This document shows, one piece after another, positions 19,415 through 28,469 of a stretch of DNA of 46,247 nucleotides. The stretch is from Roseiarcus sp. GTDB taxonomy: Bacteria > Pseudomonadota > Alphaproteobacteria > Rhizobiales > Beijerinckiaceae. Under the pieces are notes generated by a model. The model had not been told where the DNA came from and searched no databases. It saw only the letters and a program-made list of their open reading frames with translations. Position 1 is the first letter of the stretch; each line of letters opens with the position of its first letter. Position numbers and translations under genes: made by a program. Location of the stretch: NCBI GenBank assembly GCA_036510135.1, contig DATCEJ010000177.1, forward strand, positions 1 through 46,247, given 5' to 3'.

Positions 19415-20205
19415 GCTGGCGTCGGATCGCCGGGTTCCGCCTCGTTACGGCGGATCTCGACCGGGCGACGCGTTTCTATCTGGCGCTCGGCTTTTCCCTT
19501 GGGGCGCGTGAGCCCGTCGCGCGAAGCGACATGGCGCTGCTGGGACTTGACGGTGGGGCTTCGCGCCAGAACCTGACGCTCGGCTTAAGCCGCCTCGCTC
19601 TCGAACGCTTCGATGAACCAGGCCGCGTCTATCCGGCTGGGGCCGATGCCGCCGCGCTTATCTTCCAGCATTTCGCGCTGTCGGCCGGCGACGCGGCGAC
19701 CTCCTGGGCGAAGGCGCTCGCCGCCGGAGCGGTCCCGATCAGCCGTGACGGGCCGGTTGTCCTGCCCGCGGCTGACGGGGCTGTGACCGCGGTGAAATTC
19801 CGCGATCCCGACGGCCACCCGCTCGAAATCATCGAATTCCCGGGCCGGGCGGCGAAGGGGGCGGGACTCGTCGAAATCGACCACAGCGCCATTTCGGTCC
19901 GCGACGTCGCCACGAGCCGGCGCTTCTATCGCGCCCATGGATTGGTGGAGGCCGCAACCACGCTCAATCGCGGCCCGACCCAGGAGAGGCTCGACGGGCT
20001 CGTGGGCGTCGCGGTCGAGGTCGCCCCGCTTAACCCTGCCGAGCGCGCCCCGCATTTGGAGCTGCTTGGCTATCAGCGTCCGACGGGGAAGTCCTTCGGG
20101 CCGATCCTCCCCAACGACATCGCCGCTTCCCGGATCGTCTGGAGCGCTGGGGAAACCGCGCTCCTGCGCGATCCCGATGGCCACCTGCACCAGCTCGAAC
20201 CCTGA
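19411..20205 (+). CDS. VOC/glyoxalase-family protein (two domains)
   Basis: TADL.RA.RFY, FRDPDGHPLE, IDHSAISV, RDPDGH. GTGA overlap. Confidence 0.85.
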   Translation: MSWRRIAGFRLVTADLDRATRFYLALGFSLGAREPVARSDMALLGLDGGASRQNLTLGLSRLALERFDEPGRVYPAGADAAALIFQHFALSAGDAATSWAKALAAGAVPISRDGPVVLPAADGAVTAVKFRDPDGHPLEIIEFPGRAAKGAGLVEIDHSAISVRDVATSRRFYRAHGLVEAATTLNRGPTQERLDGLVGVAVEVAPLNPAERAPHLELLGYQRPTGKSFGPILPNDIAASRIVWSAGETALLRDPDGHLHQLEP

Positions 20206-20207
20206 TC

Positions 20208-21185
20208 TCAAGCCACGAGGTCGATCGCCAGCAGGCGATCGGTCGCGGCGATGAATAGCCGCCGCCCGTCGCGACCGCCGAGCGCGAGGTTCGACACGAC
20301 CGCTGGAATTGGGATGAAGCCCAGCTTCTCCCGCTCGGGCGACCAGATGTGAATTCCGTCGGCTGCGCTGGTCCAAACCCATCCGCGCGGATCGACTGTG
20401 AGGCCGTCCGGATAGCCGTGATCGGCATGGCAGAAGAAGGCGCGATTTGAGAGCGCGCCATCGGGACCGACGTCGAACGATTCGACGTCATGTTTCGCCC
20501 CGGCCTCGAAGCCGGGGACTTCGCCCAGCGACCGCGAGGTGTCGGAAACATAGAGCCTGCGCCCATCGGCCGAGAAGGCGAGGCCGTTCGGCTGCTCGAA
20601 ATCCGCCATCCGGCCGAGGGAGCCGGTCGAAGGATCGAAGCGATACAGGCTGCAATGATCGAGTTCAGGTTCGGCGAGGCTCCCCTGACTTGGCATGACG
20701 ATGCCGAAGATCGGGTCGGTGAACCAGATCGCGCCATCGGGCGCCACCGCGACGTCGTTGGGCGAATTGAGGCGCCGGCCCTCATAGTGCGTCACGATGG
20801 GCCTGGGCTCGCCGCGAAGGTCCGGCTCGGAACGGCTGATGCAACGGCGGCCATGTTCGCAATGGACGATCCTTCCGTCCGCCGCCAGCGCATTGCCGTT
20901 CATGAAAAAGGTCGGGTCGATCGCCGCTTCGACGCGCCCGTCCTCACACCACGCGAGCAGGCGACGGTTCGGCACGTCCGACCAGAGGAGCCTTTTGTGC
21001 GAAGGCTGCCAGACGGGTCCCTCGCAATGGATGGCGCCTTCGTGCAGCGCGACCAGGCGCGCGTCGAGGGAAAGGACGCCGGCTAGCCGCTTGTCGTCGA
21101 TCTGGACGCCCAGAAACCCGGGGATGGGGGTCGAAGGCCCAGGCCGCCGCAGCAGCCGGCCGGGGACGAGAGACGGAGCCCTCAC
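20208..21185 (-). CDS. SMP-30/gluconolactonase family protein
   Basis: EGPVW, WSDVP, NSPND, FTDP, PNGLAFS, PDG.TVD. Confidence 0.92.
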   Translation of the reverse strand: MRAPSLVPGRLLRRPGPSTPIPGFLGVQIDDKRLAGVLSLDARLVALHEGAIHCEGPVWQPSHKRLLWSDVPNRRLLAWCEDGRVEAAIDPTFFMNGNALAADGRIVHCEHGRRCISRSEPDLRGEPRPIVTHYEGRRLNSPNDVAVAPDGAIWFTDPIFGIVMPSQGSLAEPELDHCSLYRFDPSTGSLGRMADFEQPNGLAFSADGRRLYVSDTSRSLGEVPGFEAGAKHDVESFDVGPDGALSNRAFFCHADHGYPDGLTVDPRGWVWTSAADGIHIWSPEREKLGFIPIPAVVSNLALGGRDGRRLFIAATDRLLAIDLVA

Positions 21186-21485
21186 GGCGCCGGGCCCAAG
21201 CGCTCCGCGGTCCTCTGGGAGGCATGCGCGTATGTCCGCGATTCCACGATTTCAAAGGCTTGAGTGTCTTTTTCTGACACTTTCGCCGATTTCAGTCTGC
21301 TGCCTTGGCCTTGCGCGGGGGCCGACGCGCGGGAAGGAAATCGCGGGCAGCCCGAAAGAACGCCGCAACCGGCCTGTTCAAGGTTTCTCTGCCCCTCCAT
21401 GGAGCGGGGCGCGCGCAACGTTGTTTTTTCCTTGAAAATCACAATACCACGACTTCTGATAATCAGGAAGCATTTGTTCGCGCGC

Positions 21486-22253
21486 TCAGAGCCCGACGCT
21501 GCCTTGCATCAGGCCGCCATCGGCGAAGATGGTGGTCGCGGTCAGGTAACTTGCGCCGTCGCCGGCTAGAAACACGATGACACTGGCGATCTCTTCGGGC
21601 CTCGCCATGCGGCCAAGCGGGATCGCTCCGTCGAGCTTCGCCAACCGGGCCGGATCGGCCATGGTCGACTGGTTGATCGGCGTCGCGACCGCGCCCGGCC
21701 CGACGCCGACGACGAGGACGCCATGCGAGGCAAGCTCGACCCCGGCGGTCCTCGTCAGCATCCGCATGCCACCCTTGGCGAGACAATAGGCGGTGTTTCC
21801 CGGCATCGGCCAATCCTCGTGCACCGACGTGATGTTGATGATCCGACCACCGCCGCCCTGCTTGATCATCTGTTTCGCGGCGAACTGGACGCCGAAGAAG
21901 GCGCTCTTCAGGTTTATGTTCAGCACGCGGTCATATTGGGTCTCGGTCGTATCGAGAACCGACGTGCGTGTCTCGACGCCCGCATTGTTGATCATGATGT
22001 CGAGGCGGCCGAATCGCTTCACGGCCGTATCGATCAGGCGTTGCAGGTCCGAGAGGCGGCTGATGTCGGCGTCGACGCCGATCGCCTTGTCACCCAGCGC
22101 GGTAATCTGGCGCTCCAGCGCCTCTGTCGCCTCGGGATGCGCGACATAGTCAATGACGATGTTTGCGCCCGCTTTCGCCAGCGCCAAAGTCGCCGCCTTG
22201 CCGATCCCGCTGTTTCCGCCGGTTATGACGGCGACTTTTCCTTCAAGCGACAT
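21486..22253 (-). CDS. SDR, glucose 1-dehydrogenase-like
   Basis: TGGNSGIG, NNAG, SVHE..P.P, YCLAK, PGAV.TPIN, DGG. Confidence 0.9.
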   Translation of the reverse strand: MSLEGKVAVITGGNSGIGKAATLALAKAGANIVIDYVAHPEATEALERQITALGDKAIGVDADISRLSDLQRLIDTAVKRFGRLDIMINNAGVETRTSVLDTTETQYDRVLNINLKSAFFGVQFAAKQMIKQGGGGRIINITSVHEDWPMPGNTAYCLAKGGMRMLTRTAGVELASHGVLVVGVGPGAVATPINQSTMADPARLAKLDGAIPLGRMARPEEIASVIVFLAGDGASYLTATTIFADGGLMQGSVGL

Positions 22254-22315
22254 GGTTCCTCGTGTTCTTCATTGACCCACGTCAGCGGAGAAGCGGCGTT
22301 TTCCGCCTCGAACTG

Positions 22316-22341
22316 AACCCTCGCGCCGCCGCATAGGTTCC
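22316..22341 (-). promoter_or_regulatory. EcfG/sigmaT-type promoter
   Basis: Minus strand GGAAC-ctatgcggcggcgcgag-GGTT (N17), about 60 nt upstream of the SDR ATG. Confidence 0.6.
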
Positions 22342-22361
22342 ACAGCGCAATAGTTTCGATG

Positions 22362-24530
22362 CTATTCGACGATGACTTCCAGACCCTTTCCGCCCTCGAT
22401 GATCTCCGCCCCAATGTTTTCACCCTGACGCGTGAACCGGAGCGAGACTTGTCCACCAGCCGCGCGGAGATCGTGCAGGGATAGCGCGTCCACGCCGTTT
22501 GGGAGACGGGGCCGGCGGACGTGGAGGCGCTTTTCGAACCCATCCCCGTCCAACCCCAGAAGTTCGGTCGTCATGAAGGGAATGGCCGCCGCCGACCAGG
22601 CCTGGAGCGGATCGGCGCGCGGCGTATGGGTCGGTCCGTCTCCCGGCAGGCGCTGCGTTCCCCCGATGAACTCCGGCAGGCGCTGCAGCCGAAAACCATC
22701 CGCCGCGTCCAGCGTCGCGGCGACGATGCGCAGGGCGGAATCGTCCTCGCCGTAGCGACGCAGGCCTGAGACGATCAGCGCATTGTCGAACGCCCAGACG
22801 CTGCCCTGCTGATAGGCGAGCGGATCGAACAGGGGATGATCCGCCGACAAGGTCCGGACGCCCCAGCCGGAAAACATGTCGGGCTTCATCATCCGCGCGG
22901 CGATCTTGCAGGCATGGTCGAAAGTGGCGATCCCGGTCCATAGAACCTGCGCGGCGTTGGACGCGGTCGAGGCGACCTGCCGCCCGTCTTTCTCCAGCGC
23001 CAGACAATAACAACCCTCCGCCTCCATCCAGAAGTCTTGCAGAAACCTTGCCTGCAAAGCCCGTGCGTCTGCTTCCAGCCGGTCCGCCTTCGCGGTTTCG
23101 CCCCTGCGCCGAAAAAGCGGCGCGATCGCCATGCGCGCCTGATAGGCGTAGCCCTGGACCTCGACGAGGGCGAGCGGAGGAACGGGATAGGCGCCATCGC
23201 CGCGCAACACGCCTGTTCCGGAATCGCGCCAGCTTTGATTGACGGGCTGGCCGCCCGCCGCCAGCCCGTCATAGGCGACATAGCCGGATTCGTTCTCGCC
23301 GGTCTTGCGGTCCAGCCAGTCGAGCGCACGCCCAACGTTGGGGCTCAACCTATCGAATAGAGCCATCTCGCCGGTCCATGTGACATGGCGCGCGATGGCG
23401 ATCAGGAAAAGCAGGGTCGCATCGACCGACGCATAGCTCGGGGTCTGCGACACTTCGTGAAGGTGGGGGAGTTCGCCGACCCGAAGTTCGTGGAGGATTT
23501 TGCCGGGCTGCTCGCCCGTCCGTGCGTCGTCCTTCTCGCCCTGCCAGCGCGCGAGCGCCTCGGTCGTGCGACGCCCGAGAGCAGGATTGAAAGCGAGGCA
23601 TTGAATTGTCGGCAGCAGGCTGTCGCGGCCGAACAGGCCGACGAACCATGGAACGCCGGCCGCAGTGAACCTGTGCGGCCCGCGCCTGACCTCAAGCAGC
23701 GCAAGATCAGTCAAGGATCGCGCCAAGGCTTCGCCGAACGCCTTGCTGGACGTTTCTACCCGGGCGTAGTCCTTGAGCAGAGCTTTCGACGCAGCTTCTT
23801 TCGCCTGCCGCATAGCATCCGCGCTGATCGGCGCCCGGCGCGAAACCGGAGGCGCATCGCCGACCGGCCGTTCGTCAACCCGGCAGGTCACGACCAAATC
23901 TTCCGTGCCCTGAGGCTCGAGCTGAAGTTCAAAATGCGCGATGCTCTGCTCAGTCGTTCGCGGAGCGACAATCGGCTTGAGCGAAAAGTCCGCAAGCAAT
24001 GTTCGCAGCACGCCATCCGCGCCTTCATAGGCGAAACGAAGCGCGGTCTCGTCCCACTCCGGTGCGTGCATGCGTCCGCGCACGCCCGGAGGCGCGCCGC
24101 GCAGCACGAACATGCTTTCGAACGTCGTCGAAAACTCCAGCGACACCGGAAGCGTGATCGCTTCCGTGCCGAAATTACGGATCGAGATTGTGTCGGTGAA
24201 TGTCGGCTCGGGCTCGTCAAGCGTGGCGAGAGTCCGCCGGATGCTAAGCTTGTGGTCGGCGATGATCTGCCCGTTGGCTGTCGCCAGATGATCGTTGGTC
24301 AGGGCGATCTGGGCGGAGAGACCCTCGGTATCGGACGACATCAGCAGCAGCGGCGCCGTGCCATGCAGGCGCAGCGCGTACGCGGCAAGATAGCACGTAT
24401 CGCGATAGAACAGCCCAAACCCCGGCACGCCGGCGATGATCTCTCCATCCTCGCGCGTCAGCAGAAAGAGGTCGTTGGCCTTGAGGATCAGGGGATGGCG
24501 AATATCGATGGATAGCGGGCGATCGGCCAT
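22362..24530 (-). CDS. Amylo-alpha-1,6-glucosidase / glycogen-debranching-enzyme family ((alpha/alpha)6)
   Basis: GLFYRDT N-domain, AGVPWF..LFGRDSL, PGKILHELR, NQ.W.DS, EVQGY, SGWG.RTL, Y..GSVW, RLPE, QAW. Confidence 0.9.
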   Translation of the reverse strand: MADRPLSIDIRHPLILKANDLFLLTREDGEIIAGVPGFGLFYRDTCYLAAYALRLHGTAPLLLMSSDTEGLSAQIALTNDHLATANGQIIADHKLSIRRTLATLDEPEPTFTDTISIRNFGTEAITLPVSLEFSTTFESMFVLRGAPPGVRGRMHAPEWDETALRFAYEGADGVLRTLLADFSLKPIVAPRTTEQSIAHFELQLEPQGTEDLVVTCRVDERPVGDAPPVSRRAPISADAMRQAKEAASKALLKDYARVETSSKAFGEALARSLTDLALLEVRRGPHRFTAAGVPWFVGLFGRDSLLPTIQCLAFNPALGRRTTEALARWQGEKDDARTGEQPGKILHELRVGELPHLHEVSQTPSYASVDATLLFLIAIARHVTWTGEMALFDRLSPNVGRALDWLDRKTGENESGYVAYDGLAAGGQPVNQSWRDSGTGVLRGDGAYPVPPLALVEVQGYAYQARMAIAPLFRRRGETAKADRLEADARALQARFLQDFWMEAEGCYCLALEKDGRQVASTASNAAQVLWTGIATFDHACKIAARMMKPDMFSGWGVRTLSADHPLFDPLAYQQGSVWAFDNALIVSGLRRYGEDDSALRIVAATLDAADGFRLQRLPEFIGGTQRLPGDGPTHTPRADPLQAWSAAAIPFMTTELLGLDGDGFEKRLHVRRPRLPNGVDALSLHDLRAAGGQVSLRFTRQGENIGAEIIEGGKGLEVIVE

Positions 24531-24558
24531 GGAGGAACCCTCGTGTCAGTATGAGATC

Positions 24559-24584
24559 AACGCCGGAGCCGGATAATCGGCTCC
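24559..24584 (-). promoter_or_regulatory. Possible EcfG-type promoter for the debranching enzyme
   Basis: Minus strand GGAGC-N17-CGTT (one mismatch in -35). Confidence 0.4.
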
Positions 24585-24664
24585 AAAATCGCGTCCCCCG
24601 CGCGGAACAGGCTCGCCGCGCCACGTAACGATCTGGGTAGGCCCGCGAAATTCAGGAAGTTTGG

Positions 24665-24960
24665 ATGAACAGGATCGTCGTGATCACAGGCGCAGGCGCA
24701 GGCGTTGGCCGGTCGTGACCGAATTCGCCCGGCGTGGCTTCGACACGGCGATCTTATCGCGGGATGCAGCACGTTTGGACAAAGCCGCTGTTGAGTTGCG
24801 AAGATTTGGAGTCAGAGTGCTTCTGATTCCGACCGACGCCGGGGACAGCGCCGCTGTCGACGACATCCGCACGGCGGACCAAGCAGGAACTCGGGCCGAT
24901 TCCGACGGGGGTGAACATCGCGATGGCGACGGTCTTTGCGCGGTCGATCTGCCGGCGGCA
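24665..24960 (+). pseudogene. SDR oxidoreductase 5' remnant
   Basis: MNRIVVITGAGAGVG, then a frameshift into ..EFARRG...PTDAGD.AAV.. and VNIAMATVF. The rest is missing. Confidence 0.75.
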
Positions 24961-25155
24961 CGTCAGCGGTTTTGAAACTCGGCTGCGGTCAACACCGAGA
25001 AGCACGGGCTGGCAATCGTGTTGGGGGAGCTGATCGATCCGCCGCCATCAACTCGCCCGTGCACGCCGAAGGCTGTAGCGCGCGCAGATGGCGTTTGGGT
25101 GTGGCGGCGGCCCGCGGTCGTTGCGCGACGCGCGGACGGCGATCCGCAACAGGCT

Positions 25156-26166
25156 TTATCGCCGCGTCGAACCTCGCACCACCAGCGTTGCCGGTACGAT
25201 CGTCCGGACGCCTCCCGGCGCGTCGTGTTGCGCCATCCTGGCGCGGAGGAGCGCTATCGTCTGGTCAACCATCCGCGAGGCGTCCTGAACCACGGTCGTG
25301 AGGCCGTAGGCAGCCCAGGCCGCCGCTGGGATGTCGTCGAAACCCGCGACCAGGACATCCTCGGGCACCCTGAGGCCGAGATCCGTGCGCAACGCATCCA
25401 TCGCCCCAATGGCCATGAGATCGTTGGCGCAGAACAGCGCATCCGGCGGGTGGGCGGCGGCGAATATCGCGAGCGCCGCCGCGCGGCCGCCCTCGTACCG
25501 GTAGTCGCCTTCCGCGAATGCGACAGGCGCAGTCTGGTTCTCTGCGAGCTGGCCGCGAAAGCCTGCGAATCGAACCTTACTCGCGGAGCTGTTGGCGGGA
25601 CCTGCAATGAAACCGAAGCGCTTCGCGCCGCGCTCGACCAGATGGGCCGCCACGGCGCGGCCCGCCCCGAGATTGTCGGAGGACACGGACGAGACCCATT
25701 TGTTCGCGAGCGCGGCATTGAACAGCACGACGGGAATCTTGAGGCGCGCCAAGTCCTGCGCGGCCGCGCCCGACATCACCGCGAGTGCGCTTACGATCGC
25801 GTCCACGCGATAGCTCGACAGACGCGGGATGATATCGTCGAGTGTGTGGCCACTATCCGTATGCATGAGGAGCACCTGATAGCCGGCATCTTGCAAGCGG
25901 GCCGAAAAGATTTCGAGCACGGTTGCATAGAAGGGATTGTAAAGGCCCCCGACCACGACTGCGACGAGGTACGAGCGGTGCGTCAGCATAATCCTCGGAA
26001 TCATGCTCGGTCGGTAATCGAGCGCGGTCGCGGCTTCCAGCACCTTGCGCCGCGTTTCTTCTGAGACGCTCGTGCCTTGTCGGTAGGTCCGCGACACCGC
26101 GGATTGAGACACGCCCGCAAGTTTCGCCACGTCGATCGAAGACGCATATCGTTTTCGGCTCGTCAT
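25156..26166 (-). CDS. LacI-family regulator
   Basis: DVAKLAGVSQSAVSR HTH, NPFY, ANDLMAIG, GFDD, LTTV.Q. Confidence 0.95.
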   Translation of the reverse strand: MTSRKRYASSIDVAKLAGVSQSAVSRTYRQGTSVSEETRRKVLEAATALDYRPSMIPRIMLTHRSYLVAVVVGGLYNPFYATVLEIFSARLQDAGYQVLLMHTDSGHTLDDIIPRLSSYRVDAIVSALAVMSGAAAQDLARLKIPVVLFNAALANKWVSSVSSDNLGAGRAVAAHLVERGAKRFGFIAGPANSSASKVRFAGFRGQLAENQTAPVAFAEGDYRYEGGRAAALAIFAAAHPPDALFCANDLMAIGAMDALRTDLGLRVPEDVLVAGFDDIPAAAWAAYGLTTVVQDASRMVDQTIALLRARMAQHDAPGGVRTIVPATLVVRGSTRR

Positions 26167-26234
26167 GGGGGGGAAGGGCCTCGCTGGACGGGCCGCCGGC
26201 CCAAAGTCCCTTATAAACCGGAAGAGCTATTCGT

Positions 26235-26285
26235 TTGACAGCCGAAATATTTAATGGCTTATTGCGTCAATGACTAGCTAGTCAT
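26235..26285 (+). promoter_or_regulatory. Sigma70-like promoter with perfect 16-bp palindrome operator
   Basis: TTGACA at 26235-26240. ATGACTAGCTAGTCAT at 26270-26285, between lacI and the SBP gene. Confidence 0.65.
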
Positions 26286-26292
26286 CACTTAA

Positions 26293-27417
26293 ATGAAGTC
26301 GAAAGCATCGGGAGTAAGCGCCATGGAGATAGGACACCGCTATGCTGCGTCGGCGATCCGGCGTCGGGACGTGTTGACCGGCGGGGCTGCGATCGGACTC
26401 GGGTCGTTGATGGCGATGGGGCGCTCCGCGCCGGCGCGCAGCGCCGCAGCGCCCACGCTCGTAAATTCGATCCGATCCCTGTCGAACCCCTATCACGCGA
26501 CCTGGAACCAGGGCGGTCAGGCTTTCGCTAAATCAGTGGGCGCCGACTATGTCGTCCTCGTCACCGAGGGCAGTAGCCAAAAAGGCATCGCGGACATCCG
26601 CGCCATCCTCGCCAAGACGGGCGGCAATATGGTGCTCAATCTCGACGCGAACGACAGCGCCGACACGCGCCCGATCGTCGAGGCATGCCAGGAAGCGAAA
26701 GCCCACGTTCTAACCCAGTGGTCGAAATCCGCGGACCTCCATCCCTGGGATCACGATCCTTACTACGTCGCCCATATCTCCTACGACAATCTCAAGTATG
26801 GAGAGGGCACGGGCAATGCGCTGATCGCCGCCATGGGTGGCAAAGGCGGGATCGTGGCCCTGGGCGGCCAGATCGCCAACAGCACGTCGATCGAGCGCAA
26901 GCAGGGGCTCGACAAGGCGTTGGCGGCCCATCCGGACGTTCACCTCCTCGATTTCCAGGCGGCGGACTGGCAGTCGATCAAAGCGCACGACACCGTCAGC
27001 GCCTGGCTGACGCGCTTCGGTTCCGACATCACAGGCATCTGGTGCGCCAACGACGACATGGCGATCGGCACGCTCGAGGCGCTTCGCGCTGAAGGGCTCG
27101 TGGGAAAGATCCCTGTCTGCGGCATCGACGGCATCAAAACCGCCGTCGACGCGATCCGCGCGGGCGAACTCGTGACCACGGTGTCGTGGGACCCGTTTTG
27201 GCAGGGCGCCATGGGGCTGTCCATCCCCTATCATGCCCGGATGGGAACCTTCGATCCCACGAAGGAGCCGCGCGACCACCGCGAGTTCTACAGCACCGGC
27301 ATCGTCGTTGATAAGACGAACGCCGATGCATTCTACAAGAACAATATCGAGACCGAACCGAAGGTAGACTTCAACGACCTTTGGGGGCGTGCGAGCGGGC
27401 AAATTCGGCAAGGTTGA
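26293..27417 (+). CDS. Tat-exported sugar ABC substrate-binding protein
   Basis: IRRRDVL twin-Arg signal, SNPY, ANDDMAIG, GIDG. The start may be ATG 26323. Confidence 0.9.
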   Translation: MKSKASGVSAMEIGHRYAASAIRRRDVLTGGAAIGLGSLMAMGRSAPARSAAAPTLVNSIRSLSNPYHATWNQGGQAFAKSVGADYVVLVTEGSSQKGIADIRAILAKTGGNMVLNLDANDSADTRPIVEACQEAKAHVLTQWSKSADLHPWDHDPYYVAHISYDNLKYGEGTGNALIAAMGGKGGIVALGGQIANSTSIERKQGLDKALAAHPDVHLLDFQAADWQSIKAHDTVSAWLTRFGSDITGIWCANDDMAIGTLEALRAEGLVGKIPVCGIDGIKTAVDAIRAGELVTTVSWDPFWQGAMGLSIPYHARMGTFDPTKEPRDHREFYSTGIVVDKTNADAFYKNNIETEPKVDFNDLWGRASGQIRQG

Positions 27418-27452
27418 GCGATCGCCCCTGATGGCGTCGTGAGAAGCCGGAC

Positions 27453-28469
27453 TTGCCCTCCCACTCCGTTTTTCCTCGAGGAACGCCCTCCGTCCGTGCA
27501 GACGGCGTCCTTAGGCGTAAGCTTGGAGGCCGGCTGCAGCCCCTGGTTCCGGTCGTCGTCCTCCTCGCCCTTTGCATAATGATCACGGCGGCTAATCCCC
27601 GCTTCCTCACTTGGCTGAACTTGGTGCGCATTGCCGCGTCGGCGGCGGTTCCGCTCGTCCTCTCGCTCGGCCTCACCGTCGTCGTGCTGCTTGGCAGCAT
27701 CGACCTGTCAATCGAGGGCACGATGGCCATCGGCTCCATCGTGCTGTCGCTCCTGGTCGCCAACGACGTGACGAGCTTCCGCCTGGGTTGGCTGGCGCTA
27801 CCGATCACGCTTGCCGCGACCGCGCTCGTGGGAGCCGGCAACGGCTTGGTGCATGTCTGGTTCCGAATTCCCTCCTTCATGGTGACCCTCGGCACTTGGT
27901 TTATTGGCCTCGGGATCGCGGCGGTTGTCCTGGGCGGTGGAACCGTTCGCATTCTCGACCCGCAGATTCGAGGCCTCGCTTTGGCGCGATTCCTGGGTCT
28001 GCCATGGTTGATTTGGGTCGCCGTCGGGGCGCTCATCTTGGCCTGGGTAATCCAAAACTATACGCGGCTCGGCCGCCACATGTACGCGGTCGGGGGCGAC
28101 GAGAACCTTGCCGCCTTGTCGGGCATCCGGATCAGGCGCGTGAAGGTTGCGGCCTTCGCGCTGGCTGGCGCTTTTTATGGTCTCGCCAGCGTTCTTGAGG
28201 TGGCGCAGCTCGGGCAGGCGAACGCGGTTTCGGGGGAAGGCAGGCTCTTCGCGACGGTTACGGCAGTCGTGGTCGGGGGCACGTCGCTGACCGGCGGCGT
28301 CGGCGGACCGCTCAACTCGCTCGTGGGTGTGTTGATCGTTGTCGTCCTCGCCAACGGCATGATCCTGATCGGGGTTTCCCCTTACCTGCAGGCGACGATC
28401 CAAGGGATGATGATTATTGTCGCGATGGCCATCGGAATGGACCGGCGACGCACGGGTATCGTGAAATGA
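27453..28469 (+). CDS. CUT2 sugar ABC permease
   Basis: GSIDLS, IPSFMVTLG, GR..YAVGGD, VVVGGTSL.GG.G. Confidence 0.92.
   Translation: MPSHSVFPRGTPSVRADGVLRRKLGGRLQPLVPVVVLLALCIMITAANPRFLTWLNLVRIAASAAVPLVLSLGLTVVVLLGSIDLSIEGTMAIGSIVLSLLVANDVTSFRLGWLALPITLAATALVGAGNGLVHVWFRIPSFMVTLGTWFIGLGIAAVVLGGGTVRILDPQIRGLALARFLGLPWLIWVAVGALILAWVIQNYTRLGRHMYAVGGDENLAALSGIRIRRVKVAAFALAGAFYGLASVLEVAQLGQANAVSGEGRLFATVTAVVVGGTSLTGGVGGPLNSLVGVLIVVVLANGMILIGVSPYLQATIQGMMIIVAMAIGMDRRRTGIVK

Noticed and set aside
21400-21408. TGGAGCGGG match to the tRNA-Gly 3' end as a possible att repeat
   Set aside because: Only 9 bp and expected by chance.
25018-26064. Long antisense ORFs here and elsewhere (e.g. 2025-3050, 6624-7619, 23385-24515)
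   Set aside because: Shadow frames of real genes, expected in high-GC DNA.
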